Assembly (NCBI GenBank): GCA_052386995.1
Contig: JBQTJP010000316.1
Span: 1 to 27,095, forward strand
Source of the DNA: Armatimonadota bacterium
Lineage (GTDB): Bacteria > Sysuimicrobiota > Sysuimicrobiia > Sysuimicrobiales > Humicultoraceae
Reading direction: 5' to 3'
DNA length: 27,095 nt
Shown: positions 1 through 9,549 of the stretch, one piece after another
How the letters are laid out: every line of letters starts with the position of its first letter
Numbering within the stretch: position 1 is the first letter of the stretch
Translations under genes and position numbers: made by a program
The notes under the pieces: generated by a model
The model's input: the letters and a program-made list of their open reading frames with translations, nothing else
Database searches by the model: none
Told to the model about the DNA's origin: nothing

Positions 1-857
1 AACCGGGTGATCAGGTCGGTGGTGCGATCGCCCGACGTGCCTATGGCCTGCACCAGTTCGAAGTGCCCGCGTTTCTCGATCACCTCGAAGGTCGCCGGGA
101 GTCGCTTCTTGCGTACCGCATCAACGAATCGCTGCGATTGTCCCTGCATCGCCCGGTAGTCCTCGCCCGCGAGGATCACCAGCAGCGGCACCGGCGTCTT
201 GCGAAGGTGCCTAATCGGTGACGCGGCTTCCAGGGTGCGCTTGTCGGTTCCAAACGGTGGATGAACGTACACGGCGGCGCCGCCTTCGGGCGTGTCATCC
301 ATTGGTTTTGTCAGGTCAAAGACTCCCGACAACGGGATGACCCCGGCCAGGGCGTCGGCGCTCACGTTTTCGGCGCGAAGATGCTGCGGGTCGAAGAGCA
401 GGAGCGTGACCAGGTGCCCGCCCGCGGAGTGCCCGCTCAGGAACACCCGGTCGGGGCGGCCACCATACTCGCCGGCGTGGCGCATCACCCAGGCCACCGC
501 GCGGGCGGCATCGCGGACATGTCCCGGGTGGCGGACCATCGGGGTGAGGCGATAGTTGACGACTGCGGTCAGGATGCCTCGACGGGCAAACGCGGTCCCG
601 ATGTGGTCGTATTGCTCTTTGTCCCCCATCTGCCAGACCCCGCCATGGAAGAAGAGCAGCACAGGAAGATCCTTGCGCCGGCGCGGTCGGTAGAGGTCTA
701 GCGTGTGCTTTGCAGGATCAGCCCCTGACCCTGACACGTACGCTACGGTGCTGGCGGCCACGTCGGGCGCCCCCTCCAGTGTGGCGGTCTGGCAGACGCC
801 AAAACCTGCCAGTCCCAGTGCAATGAGCAGCGAACGAGCCATTCGGCGTGGCGCCAT
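1..857 (-). CDS. Secreted alpha/beta hydrolase (carboxylesterase/HSL-like), 3' end outside window
   Basis: Not in the ORF track because it runs off the edge. Manual translation: MAPRRMARSLLIALGLAGFGVC...LDLYRP..LPVLLFFHGGVWQMGDK...VNYRL...VFLSGHSAGGHL...SGVFDL...EAASP...RGHFE, giving an HGG oxyanion hole, GxSxG nucleophile and a C-terminal His. AGGAGG RBS at 870-865. Confidence 0.9.
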   Translation of the reverse strand, partial: MAPRRMARSLLIALGLAGFGVCQTATLEGAPDVAASTVAYVSGSGADPAKHTLDLYRPRRRKDLPVLLFFHGGVWQMGDKEQYDHIGTAFARRGILTAVVNYRLTPMVRHPGHVRDAARAVAWVMRHAGEYGGRPDRVFLSGHSAGGHLVTLLLFDPQHLRAENVSADALAGVIPLSGVFDLTKPMDDTPEGGAAVYVHPPFGTDKRTLEAASPIRHLRKTPVPLLVILAGEDYRAMQGQSQRFVDAVRKKRLPATFEVIEKRGHFELVQAIGTSGDRTTDLITR

Positions 858-942
858 GGGAGCCCCTCCTCTGCCCTTCGTATGCCCAGGAGTCACGGAT
901 GTTAGCGGGACCGCAGACGATCCACGTCTGTCGATGCCCTCC

Positions 943-2100
943 TCAGGCAGGCTTCGGATGGCTCGTAGACCGGACCAGCAAGAGGAAACCAAGACCGGCA
1001 ACGAATGCCGCGGAGAGAAACATACCGCCGTACCCCAACGCCACCGCGACCAGTCCCAGGGTCACCGGCCCCAGTCCGAAGGCGAGGTCGAGGAACGCGG
1101 TGAACGTCGCGACGACCGCCCCTCGTTCGGAAGGGGGCGCGGCATTCACGGCAAGGGTCATCAGTGCCGGAAAGGCCAGGGATTGGCCCAGGGCATAGAC
1201 CAGGGAGCCTACGAAAAGACCGGACGGCTCACGCCAGACGCCAATCGCTACCAGGCCGATCATGGAGCCGATAAATGCCACGCGGGCCGTGAGCGCAGCA
1301 CCAAACCGATCTGGGATGCGGGCTCCAAGGCTCCGAACGGTGAGGACGACTGCGGAGAACATCGCGAACAAGAGCCGCGAACCCGACAGGCCCAGATCGA
1401 GGGCGTACAGGGGGACGAAACTCACGAACCCCGCGTATCCCCATATACTGGTCAGCAGGACCACGCCCGGCACCACGCCGGTGGGATGGATCAGATGACG
1501 TGAGCCACCAGAGACCTCTCCCGGCTCGCGAGCGTCAGGTATCCGCAGACCCAGCACGAACGCGAGCCCGATGATGCCGGCCGCTCCCACCCAGACGGCC
1601 ACGAATCGGTTTTCACCGAGCACAGCCTCACCAACAAACGGCCCCACGCCGAGTCCCGCCCACAACGCCAGCGAGAAGAGGCTCACCGCTTCGCCGCGCC
1701 GTTCGACCGGCGCCATATCGGCAACGGCGCTCGCGGCGCCCACGAAGAACAGGGCCTCACCGGCGCCGGCGAGTAAGCGCATCAGCAGCAGACTGGGGAT
1801 CGAGGTCGCGACCGCGTATCCGATGACCGACAGGCCGAAAACTGCCGTGCCGGCCAGGATGAGCAAGCGCCGTCCGCGCCGATCGCCGAGCCGGCCCACC
1901 CACGGCCGCAGCAGCAACGCCGTGACGCTGAACGAGCCCAACACGAGGCCGACGGCGGCGCTCCCCCCGTGCAGCGGGCCCTGCACGTATCGCGGAAGCA
2001 CCGGCAGGAGCATGCCGAGCCCGACAAAGTACGCCAGGGAGGCGGTGGCGACGGTGACGAAGGCAGGTGTCCAGAGTCGGGGAGCGAGAGTTCGGGACAT
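943..2100 (-). CDS. MFS transporter
   Basis: 385 aa with about 12 hydrophobic segments; motif A GRLGDRRGRR, repeated as DRFG in the second half. Confidence 0.92.
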   Translation of the reverse strand: MSRTLAPRLWTPAFVTVATASLAYFVGLGMLLPVLPRYVQGPLHGGSAAVGLVLGSFSVTALLLRPWVGRLGDRRGRRLLILAGTAVFGLSVIGYAVATSIPSLLLMRLLAGAGEALFFVGAASAVADMAPVERRGEAVSLFSLALWAGLGVGPFVGEAVLGENRFVAVWVGAAGIIGLAFVLGLRIPDAREPGEVSGGSRHLIHPTGVVPGVVLLTSIWGYAGFVSFVPLYALDLGLSGSRLLFAMFSAVVLTVRSLGARIPDRFGAALTARVAFIGSMIGLVAIGVWREPSGLFVGSLVYALGQSLAFPALMTLAVNAAPPSERGAVVATFTAFLDLAFGLGPVTLGLVAVALGYGGMFLSAAFVAGLGFLLLVRSTSHPKPA

Positions 2101-2284
2101 ACTCCGGTATCAACGCCATGGAAGGCACAACTAATCCTGAGCGTGCCGACGGTTGTCTTACGTACTGGTACCTGCCGGCTCGGATCAGGTACCGTGGTCC
2201 CTGGCGCTCCAGGCCACAATATCGTAGCGTGACAGTGTAACTCTCTTGAGATTTGCGATACAGCAATGTGGAGGTGGGGTGCAG

Positions 2285-2842
2285 ATGTGGACGTCAAGAG
2301 TAGGGCGTGCGTTCCCTGCCGCGATTCTCATTGGAGTCGTCATGGGCCTGATCGCGGGTGCCGTGCCGGCGGCAGCACAGACACGCTCGCTGTCAGGAGT
2401 ACGTGTCCTGGCTGTGGCGCCGTTTGCCGATGACAACCCCGAGACACGCCAGATCGCCGAGCAAGGCAGCATTCGTCTGGGCGAGATCCTCAAGCGCGGA
2501 CGGTTCCAAGTCATCGAGCCGGCGCGCGTGGCCGAAGAGATGAAGCGGCTGGGCATCGGGCCGTCAGACCTGGTGAGCCCGACGCGGGCTATTGCCCTCG
2601 GTCAGAGCCTCGGCGCAGATGCGGTGCTCACCGGACGCGTGGTGCAGATCAGGCGGGACAAAGGGCTTACGCCGGGATTTGGGGCCGAGGCGCGGATGAC
2701 CGTTGATGTCCGGATCCTCGACGTCGCGTCACGACTGAAACTGTTTCAGCAAGAGGTCACGTGCAGTGATTTCAGCGGCTCGCTGACGGGAGCCGCCAAT
2801 TGTTTTGCGCGCGACGTCGGGTTGTTGCTGCTTATGCCCTGA
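2285..2842 (+). CDS. Exported CsgG/HfaB/LpoB-like fold protein
   Basis: Start moved to ATG 2285 (GGAGG upstream). Signal peptide ending AAA-Q; vlAVaPF, rFqVIE, LGqsLGADAVLTGrV and vDVRILDV are typical of the CsgG/TolB-N/FlgO-like family. Confidence 0.7.
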   Translation: MWTSRVGRAFPAAILIGVVMGLIAGAVPAAAQTRSLSGVRVLAVAPFADDNPETRQIAEQGSIRLGEILKRGRFQVIEPARVAEEMKRLGIGPSDLVSPTRAIALGQSLGADAVLTGRVVQIRRDKGLTPGFGAEARMTVDVRILDVASRLKLFQQEVTCSDFSGSLTGAANCFARDVGLLLLMP

Positions 2843-4087
2843 ATGAGCGTACCGGCGGGGCAGATTCTCAAAACCTACGTCACGCTCACCCTGCTCTCGA
2901 CGTTCGCGTCGTCTTTCATCTGGGGAATCAACACTCTGTTCCTGCTCGATGCGGGCCTGAGCATCACCCAAGCCTTCGCCGCCAATGCCTTCTTCACGGT
3001 CGGCCAGGTGCTATTTGAGGTGCCCACTGGTGTCGTAGCCGATACGATGGGGAGGCGGGTGTCGTACCTGCTCGGCTCGGCTACGCTCTTTGCCTCCACA
3101 ACCCTGTATCTCTGGATGTGGCAGGTCAGCGGCCCGTTCTGGGCGTGGGCGGTCATCTCGATGCTGCTGGGACTTGGCTTTACCTTCTTCTCCGGCGCGA
3201 CCGAGGCCTGGCTGGTCGACGGCCTGAACTTCACGAAGTATGCGGGCACTCTGGAGTCAGCGTTCGCGAAAGGGCAGATCGCCGGCGGCGTCGCCATGCT
3301 GACAGGCACCGTGGCCGGCGGTGCGATCGCCCAGGTCACGAATCTCGGTGTGCCCTACATCCTGCGGGCCGTCATGCTTGGTCTGACGTTCCTGGTCGCG
3401 TTCATCCTCATGCATGACGTCGGTTTCACTCCTAAAAAGAGCGCTTCGGTGTTGAAGGAAATGCGAAGCATCCTCACGTCTTCGCTTGACCATGGATTTC
3501 GCAACCCGCCGGTGCGATGGCTCATGCTCGCCGCGCCATTCAGCGCCGGTGTCGGCATTTACGCCTTTTACGCGATGCAACCGTACCTGCTCGAGCTCTA
3601 CGGCAGCAGCGAATCGTACGCGATTGCCGGACTGGCAGCCGCAATTGTCGCCGGCACGCAGATTATCGGCGGCTTCATCGTGCCTTACATGCGCAAGGCC
3701 TTTCGGCGCAGAACATCGGTCTTGCTCTTGGGTGCCGTGGCGAGCGCGGTAGTACTGGCGCTCATCGGGCTCGTGTCGGGCTTCTGGGTGGCGTTGACCC
3801 TGTTGGGACTATGGGCAATCGTCTTCGCCGCCACCATGCCGGTGAGGCAGGCATTTATCAACGGCTTGATTCCGTCCGAGGAGCGAGCCACCGTTCTGTC
3901 TTCGGACAATCTCCTCAGCTCGTCCGGCGGCGTCGTGGTGCAACCGATACTCGGCAAGGTCGCCGATGCGTGGAGCTACTCAACCTCGTACGTCGTTGGT
4001 GCCGGCGTTGAGCTGTTGGCCCTGCCGTTCATCCTGCTCGCCCGCCGTGAACATACTGCTTCAGACCCCATCCACAAACAGTTGTGA
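2843..4087 (+). CDS. MFS transporter
   Basis: 414 aa, FEVPTGVVADTMGRR motif A, SGATEAW and ERATVLS. The ATG directly abuts the upstream TGA. Confidence 0.93.
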   Translation: MSVPAGQILKTYVTLTLLSTFASSFIWGINTLFLLDAGLSITQAFAANAFFTVGQVLFEVPTGVVADTMGRRVSYLLGSATLFASTTLYLWMWQVSGPFWAWAVISMLLGLGFTFFSGATEAWLVDGLNFTKYAGTLESAFAKGQIAGGVAMLTGTVAGGAIAQVTNLGVPYILRAVMLGLTFLVAFILMHDVGFTPKKSASVLKEMRSILTSSLDHGFRNPPVRWLMLAAPFSAGVGIYAFYAMQPYLLELYGSSESYAIAGLAAAIVAGTQIIGGFIVPYMRKAFRRRTSVLLLGAVASAVVLALIGLVSGFWVALTLLGLWAIVFAATMPVRQAFINGLIPSEERATVLSSDNLLSSSGGVVVQPILGKVADAWSYSTSYVVGAGVELLALPFILLARREHTASDPIHKQL

Positions 4088-4335
4088 TTACCGGGCGTTG
4101 TTTCGCCGGAAGATCGTTTCTGGCTTGACGCCATGAAACACGAACACGAAGGCGCCAAGGAACACCGCTAACTCTGCGGTGAGGAGATACCGGTGGTCTG
4201 CTGCAAGCTGCACCAACCAGGACATCTGTTCCTCCTGCTGGGGCTCAGCCGACGAGTGAGTTGTCTGGAACCATCTACGTACGTGCCCCTCCAGGGGGTC
4301 TCAATAGTCGTCGTGCACGGATACAAACGAGCACG

Positions 4336-4369
4336 AAAAGAGGCCGCGTGCCATCCTGGCCACACGACC
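4336..4369 (-). terminator. Intrinsic terminator of tRNA-His
   Basis: Minus strand GGUCGUGU-G-GCCA-gga-UGGC-ACGCGGCC followed by UCUUUU; 12 bp including G-U pairs, 12 nt after the CCA. Confidence 0.75.
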
Positions 4370-4381
4370 AACCGTCCCGTA

Positions 4382-4460
4382 TGGGGTGAGCGACGGGATT
4401 TGAACCCGCGACCTCCTGGGCCACAGCCAGGCGCTCTAACCGAGCTGAGCTACGCCCACC
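4382..4460 (-). tRNA. tRNA-His(GTG)
   Basis: GGTGGGCGTAGCTCAGCTCGGTTAGAGCGCCTGGCT-GTG-GCCCAGGAGGTCGCGGGTTCAAATCCCGTCGCTCACCCCA; full cloverleaf, G-1:C73 His identity pair, encoded CCA. Confidence 0.97.
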
Positions 4461-4474
4461 ACGTGCCGTCGCTC

Positions 4475-4483
4475 ATTCTAGCA
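4475..4483 (-). promoter_or_regulatory. Extended -10 promoter for tRNA-His
   Basis: TGcTAGAAT ending 14 nt upstream of the tRNA 5' end. Confidence 0.6.
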
Positions 4484-4504
4484 CGTGGATCGACGCAGCC
4501 TCAA

Positions 4505-4792
4505 TTATGCGGCGCCGGGCGGGTCTTCTGCTTTCACCTTGACCCGTCGGTCAGGGCGCGTTCGCGCCACGCCCATCGTGGTCAGCAGCGTGATCGGTTG
4601 ATCGACCCCACCCCTGCGGCGCTCGATGAGACCGTCGGCTTCCGCGGAACGGCACGCGGCGAGCACACGAGCGGTGGGAAGTCCGGTGAGTTCGGCGATG
4701 CGATTGTCGGTCAGCCCGTGGCGAAACCACGCGCCGGCGTCGTGCAACACAGTCAGAACGCGGGCGACGTCCGCCGCCAAATCGTCGGTCAT
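4505..4792 (-). CDS. Small winged-helix DNA-binding protein (MarR-like fold)
   Basis: Probable start ATG 4792 (95 aa). LTDNRIAELTGLPTARV...EADGLIERRR...LLTTMG matches the wHTH helix-turn-helix and wing pattern. Confidence 0.6.
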   Translation of the reverse strand: MTDDLAADVARVLTVLHDAGAWFRHGLTDNRIAELTGLPTARVLAACRSAEADGLIERRRGGVDQPITLLTTMGVARTRPDRRVKVKAEDPPGAA

Positions 4793-4889
4793 CAATGCCC
4801 CACCCTTCCGGCAAGGTGAGTCCGGCAAGAGTCTCTCTATAGGAAATGTACCCAAAAGCACCGGGCTCTCAGGTCTTTCGACGGGGAGT

Positions 4890-5576
4890 CTAGCGGTTGA
4901 GTTCCCGGGCCCTCGCGAGAATCCGCTCGCGTTCGTGGTCCCACAGCCCGAAGATCGCGTTTGCGCCGATGGCCATGACGAACGGCGTGGCCGTCGTGCC
5001 CCGCACGACGGGAGTGCCCGAAGAGATCATGCCGACCAGAAACGCCGACGGGTCGACAACGCCGCCGCCGCTGGACCCCGGCGCGGCGGGCATGCCGAGG
5101 TAAACGATGTGCTCCTCCTGGCCCAGGACCCGCGCGGACGTGATGCTTGGGGCCCCTCCGCTGCCGCGGACCATCGCGAGCACCGGCAGGTCTGCCGGGG
5201 CCCCCGTGTGCGCGTAACGGAGCGGCTCGAGCGGTCCAAGGCGTGGGGTGACGAGCAACAGCGTCAGGTCGAGCTCGGTCCACATGTACGCGGCGCGGCT
5301 GCGGCCGGAGTGCCTTGCCAGCGACTGCACCGTGACGGCCGGACTCTCGCCGAGGTCGTATAGACAGTGCGCCGCGGTAAGTACCAGGTCGACGTTGGGA
5401 GGGAAGTCGTTGGGCGTCAGCCGGAACCCCAGACACGTCGCGGCCGCTCCGTCGCCTGTAATGGTGAGCACGGCACTGCGGCGTTCAAGCAGCCGATGTC
5501 CGATTGTCTCCTGGGCGTGGAGAGATCCGGACCAGAGCAGCAGACACCCGATGGCGGCGACGATCAGGCGACTCAT
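4890..5576 (-). CDS. Secreted trypsin-like (S1) serine protease, no PDZ domain
   Basis: Signal peptide (LHA-Q); catalytic triad motifs LTAAHC, ELDLTLL and PGSSGG. Confidence 0.85.
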   Translation of the reverse strand: MSRLIVAAIGCLLLWSGSLHAQETIGHRLLERRSAVLTITGDGAAATCLGFRLTPNDFPPNVDLVLTAAHCLYDLGESPAVTVQSLARHSGRSRAAYMWTELDLTLLLVTPRLGPLEPLRYAHTGAPADLPVLAMVRGSGGAPSITSARVLGQEEHIVYLGMPAAPGSSGGGVVDPSAFLVGMISSGTPVVRGTTATPFVMAIGANAIFGLWDHERERILARARELNR

Positions 5577-5635
5577 GCGTATCCCTTTTCTGCTTGCCCC
5601 GAACCTTCGCCGTCCAGGCCGTGGGACGCGTGTGG

Positions 5636-6498
5636 CTAGCCGAGTTCGACCTTGATGAAGGTTATCAGCCTCAGCACCGCCTCCTCAACCACCTGGGTCT
5701 CTGAATGGCGGACGATCACGTATCCCTCGCCCTCATAACTGCCGGACGGGGCCTCCCATACCGTGGCTCGTCAACCTCCCGCGGCAGCACGACGCGCCAC
5801 TGCATCCACGGCGTGCGCAGGACCTCGAGAGGCGTCGGATAGTAACGGGTGAGTGAGTGCCAGACCGCCCGCCCACGGATGGAAATGGTCTCGAACGAGT
5901 GCTCATCACCGGTCAGGAACTCTTCGAGCAGCACAGCGCGATCCGGCTCGGGCGCGGCAGTCCTGAGGGTCTCGCGCAGCGCATCGGGACCATCGACGCG
6001 GATCGTGGCCTCCGCGGCGGCGCCCGCAGGCGGCTTGACGACGAGCGGGTACCCGACGTCGCCGGCGAACTCCCACGCATCAGCGTCGCTTGTGGCCAGC
6101 CGGTGGCGCGCGCAGGGAATCCCCGCCGCCCGCAGCAGGATCTTCATCCGCGCCTTGTCGCGAAAGTTGCGGGCCACCTCGACACTCATCCCCGGGACGC
6201 CCAGTTGCGCGCGCGCCTCCGCGAGCGGAACCTGAATCTGCTCGACCGACCCGAAGAGCCTGTGGATCTCCCCGTTTCTCTGGGACAGCGCCCGCGCCGC
6301 GTCGGTCAGGTGCCCGGTGCTAAGGCAGTCATCGATCCGCCAGTGCGCCGCGATCGTCCCGCCCACATGAGATGGCAGGCGCTCCGACGGTTCCTGACTG
6401 ATGATGCCCAGGCGCACATCGGGCAGGCTGGCGATCGCCTGGATGTTCCGCAGCGCGTTTTCGGTGTACCAGGGCGCAACGAAAACAACAAACGGCAT
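5636..6498 (-). pseudogene. ATP-grasp domain protein with an out-of-frame internal deletion at ~5757
   Basis: N-terminal part (FRDKARMK, YPLVVKP, LLEEFL) goes out of frame after EPRY. A protein-like C-terminus EAPSGSYEGEGYVIVRHSETQVVEEAVLRLITFIKVELG* continues in another frame (5755-5636). The HxE...ExxxR segment present in the neighbouring paralogue is absent. Confidence 0.8.
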
Positions 6499-6507
6499 GA
6501 CGCGCGG

Positions 6508-7630
6508 TTAGCGCGCCGTCTTGGGAGGCGCAGTTGCGAAGAAGTCGTGGGCAAAACGCTCGCTGTATGCTTCGAGCAGCGACTCCACCCGTGCCTGATC
6601 GGGCGACGCGACAATGAGACCGGCATGGTAGGGCTTCGTGAGCCGCCGCACGATCTCGGGGTCGATGTAGCCCGAGGTGTCCGGCCACTCCTGACGGGCC
6701 AGTGAGATGATCAGGCCAGCGTAGTCGTGCCGGTGCGCTGGCAGGGTGTACGGACGCTCGCCGCCGGCCACTTCGATCTTGGCCCACTCCGCCCACAGGT
6801 TGATGCCCGTCGCCGCCTCAACGACGTCCGCGGTGTACGCGCCGCCGACGCGCGCGGCGGTCTCCAGGAAATAGAACCGCCCGTCCTCGCGCCCGCGGAT
6901 GAACTCCGTGTGCGTCACGCCGCGGACCAGGCCCAGCGTGTCGATGACCTCACGGTTGAGCCACGTCAGGGCCTGCGCTTCCGCAGATGCCCGCGGGAGC
7001 GTGCGCGTTGAGGAAATGCCGCCCGCGTACGTGACCTCCATCGGCGAATGGCCGTACCGATGCGCGACGGCGAAGACGACCTCCCGCTCGGAGACGATGG
7101 CATCAACATGGTAGATCATTCCGGGGACGTATTGCTCGAGCACATAGAATGATTGCCGGTCACCGAGCCCATCGAGCAGTATCCATAGCTCATCGGGCGT
7201 CTGGACCTTCTTGATGCCGAACGAGGCCGCCTCCGAACGTGGCTTGAGCAGCCAGGGAGCGCTGACACGCTCCATGTACTGGCGGATGCGGTCGTAGTTG
7301 ATCACCGGGACGAACTCGGGAACGGGAATGCCATGATCCCTGGCCTTGACACGCATGGCCAGCTTGTCCCGGAAGTGGCGGGTCGTGGTGTCCCCCATGC
7401 CCGGAATCCGCAGGTGCTCCCGCAAGATGGCGGCGCCTTCGACATCGTAGTCGTCGAGCGGAACGATGCGATCGATGACCTGAGTGCGGGCGAGATAGCT
7501 GACGGCCCTCAGAAGATCGTCACGTTCCCAGGAGCACGCGGCACCCCTGGCGCTTGCATTCGCGCAGGAACTCCTGGCCCTTTTCTTCACTAGCGAGGCA
7601 GAGAATCGTCAGCGGATGCGACGCCGACAT
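6508..7630 (-). pseudogene. ATP-grasp domain protein with an out-of-frame deletion near the 5' end (~7530)
   Basis: Probable true start ATG 7630 with AGGAG RBS gives [34 protein letters not shown] then a stop at 7522-7520. The body ([15 protein letters not shown]...FRDKLAMR...LLKP...LEQY...HTEF...[10 protein letters not shown]) is in another frame. Confidence 0.8.
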
Positions 7631-8220
7631 TGTGTGCACTCCTGACCAGGGTGAGACCGGCTTCGATCCACCCTGGGGCCACTTCCTGCTCTTGGGGGGC
7701 GGCTCCGTGTTCGCGAGAGGGGGTTGAGCTTTAGCCGGCTCGCCCTTCGCTGGCCTTCAAGATCAAACCTTCCGTGGTTGTCTACCGATTCCCACCCCGG
7801 CGGTTCCACAGGACTGGTCACGTGAAAAGGTTGATACCCCTCTTGGAGGTGGTACAGGCGCACCCAGAGCCCCGTGAACCGACCACAGCACGTGAGAAGA
7901 AAGTACGCATAGTCTCGATCAGCGTTGTAGACTCTGACGTCGACCCACTCCGGGATCTTGCCTCCGCGCCAGAGCCAGGAGGCGGCATCCGCGACTGACA
8001 AAGGGCCAAGCCTTTCCCCCGGAGGGAGCGAGTCCCCCGGGAATACCTCCTCGTCATCGTCGAGCGGATTACCGTCGTACGAGCAGTTCGGCTCAATCAG
8101 GTAAAGCCACGATTCAGGCAGCACCTGCCGCACGAGTTTCCTGGCGGTGTCAACCGCAACAGCCGCCCCCCGCTTTAACCGATTCTCCATCTCCTCGCGA
8201 CTGATCTTGTGTGCATCCAT
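7609..8220 (-). CDS. Hypothetical protein (PEWVDV...CCGRFT...LYH...PFH...PPGW motifs)
   Basis: Globular-looking ~155-aa core followed by an Arg/Ser/Pro-rich tail that overlaps the RBS and start of the ATP-grasp gene. Confidence 0.7.
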   Translation of the reverse strand: MDAHKISREEMENRLKRGAAVAVDTARKLVRQVLPESWLYLIEPNCSYDGNPLDDDEEVFPGDSLPPGERLGPLSVADAASWLWRGGKIPEWVDVRVYNADRDYAYFLLTCCGRFTGLWVRLYHLQEGYQPFHVTSPVEPPGWESVDNHGRFDLEGQRRASRLKLNPLSRTRSRPPRAGSGPRVDRSRSHPGQECTQCRRRIR

Positions 8221-8311
8221 TTTTCTATGCGGCGCCCTCGCCTTGAAAACTTGCCCACGATTGCGCTCTTTTGCCCCGAAACCCGCACACTATACTATAT
8301 CTGACGAATTG

Positions 8312-9535
8312 ATGCGGATGCCCCTCTTCGGCCTTCTGACCGCGAACGCGATCTCCATCACCGGCAGCATGATGACCCTGGTGGCCGTCCCGTGGTTCGT
8401 GCTGCAGACAACGGGCAGCGCCGCCAAGACGGGGCTGACGGCGGCGGTCGCCAGCCTGCCCGTCATCATCGGCAGCGCGCTCGGTGGCGTCCTGGTCGAC
8501 AGGATCGGGTTTCGGCGAATGAGCATCGTGGCCGATCTTGCCAGCGGTGTGAGCGTGGCGCTCATCCCGCTGCTGTACCTTACGGTCGGTCTGGCATTCT
8601 GGCAGCTACTTGTGCTCGTCTTTCTCCGGGGGTTATTCGACGCGCCGGGGAACACGGCCCGTACCAGCATGCTCCCAGATCTCGCCGATATGGCCGGCAC
8701 AGCGCGGGAGCAGGTGAACGCCGCGTCTCAGGCGATCCAGAGAGGCGCGGCCCTTCTTGGTCCCGCGGTCGCGGGCGTGCTCATCGCCATCATCGGCGCG
8801 AGCAACGTCCTGTGGGTGGATGCCGGATCGTTCGTTGCCTCGGCGATCCTCGTCACGTTGGCAGTCCCGCGGGTGACGACGGGTCACGCGCCCCCTGCCG
8901 CGGCCACGGAAGTGGCAGCAGGCGGACTAAGGGATGGGCTCCAGTTTATCCGTCAGAATCGTCTGCTGCTGGGCATCGCGCTCTGCGCCGCAACCTCGAA
9001 CTTCGCCGATGGACTGCTGACGGTCGCGGCGCCCGTGTATGCGAAAGCCATTCTGGGACGAGCGGTCGACCTCGGAATGATGTTCTCCGGACTGGGTGCG
9101 GGAGGCTTGATCGGCATCCTGTTGTTCGGCCGCTACGGCAGGCGCGTTTCGCGGCGCGCGCTGTTCGCGGCCGGTTTCATCGGCGTGGCGTGCGGCTACG
9201 GCATCCTCTTGGTGATGCCCGGGCGGACCGTCGCGATCGCCGCGTTCGTGCTGGCGGGCATCGCGGCAGGACCGATCAACCCGCTCCTGTTGACCGTGTT
9301 CCAAGACCGGACGCCGGCGCGACTGCGCGGACGGGTCTTCGGTCTCCTCACGTCCGTGGCGTGGAGCATCATTCCCTTAGGACGCCTGGCCGGCGGGTAT
9401 CTCATCGAGTGGGCCGGCCTGAGGGCGGCTATTGGCCTGATGGCAGGAGGCTATCTGATCGCGGGCGTGGCGCCGATCATCGTTTCCGTGTTCTCCAACA
9501 TGGATAAGGATGTCCGCGATCAGCAGAGCGAATGA
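8312..9535 (+). CDS. MFS transporter (DHA3/macrolide-efflux, Tap-like)
   Basis: Start at ATG 8312 or 8318. VAVPWFVLQTTGSAAKTG, GVLVDRIGFRR and RLRGRVFG are hallmarks of H+ antiporter-3 proteins. Confidence 0.9.
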   Translation: MRMPLFGLLTANAISITGSMMTLVAVPWFVLQTTGSAAKTGLTAAVASLPVIIGSALGGVLVDRIGFRRMSIVADLASGVSVALIPLLYLTVGLAFWQLLVLVFLRGLFDAPGNTARTSMLPDLADMAGTAREQVNAASQAIQRGAALLGPAVAGVLIAIIGASNVLWVDAGSFVASAILVTLAVPRVTTGHAPPAAATEVAAGGLRDGLQFIRQNRLLLGIALCAATSNFADGLLTVAAPVYAKAILGRAVDLGMMFSGLGAGGLIGILLFGRYGRRVSRRALFAAGFIGVACGYGILLVMPGRTVAIAAFVLAGIAAGPINPLLLTVFQDRTPARLRGRVFGLLTSVAWSIIPLGRLAGGYLIEWAGLRAAIGLMAGGYLIAGVAPIIVSVFSNMDKDVRDQQSE

Positions 9536-9549
9536 GGGCCACGAATTCG

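Noticed and set aside
261..1503. Plus-strand ORFs 261-701 and 703-1503, and similar long ORFs (8392-9507, 14623-15963, 20848-22272, 23441-24589, 24993-26627)
   Set aside because: Antisense or alternate-frame shadows of well-supported genes, expected at high GC, with no recognisable motifs.
4088..4381. Integration scar, small ORFs or stop read-through downstream of tRNA-His and the MFS gene
   Set aside because: The tRNA is followed directly by its terminator and no duplicated 3' end was seen. The 27-codon in-frame stretch after the MFS TGA has no recoding signal I can support.
7531..7590. ORF-track N-terminus [13 protein letters not shown] of the ATP-grasp protein
   Set aside because: Wrong-frame reading of the real N-terminus that starts at 7630.
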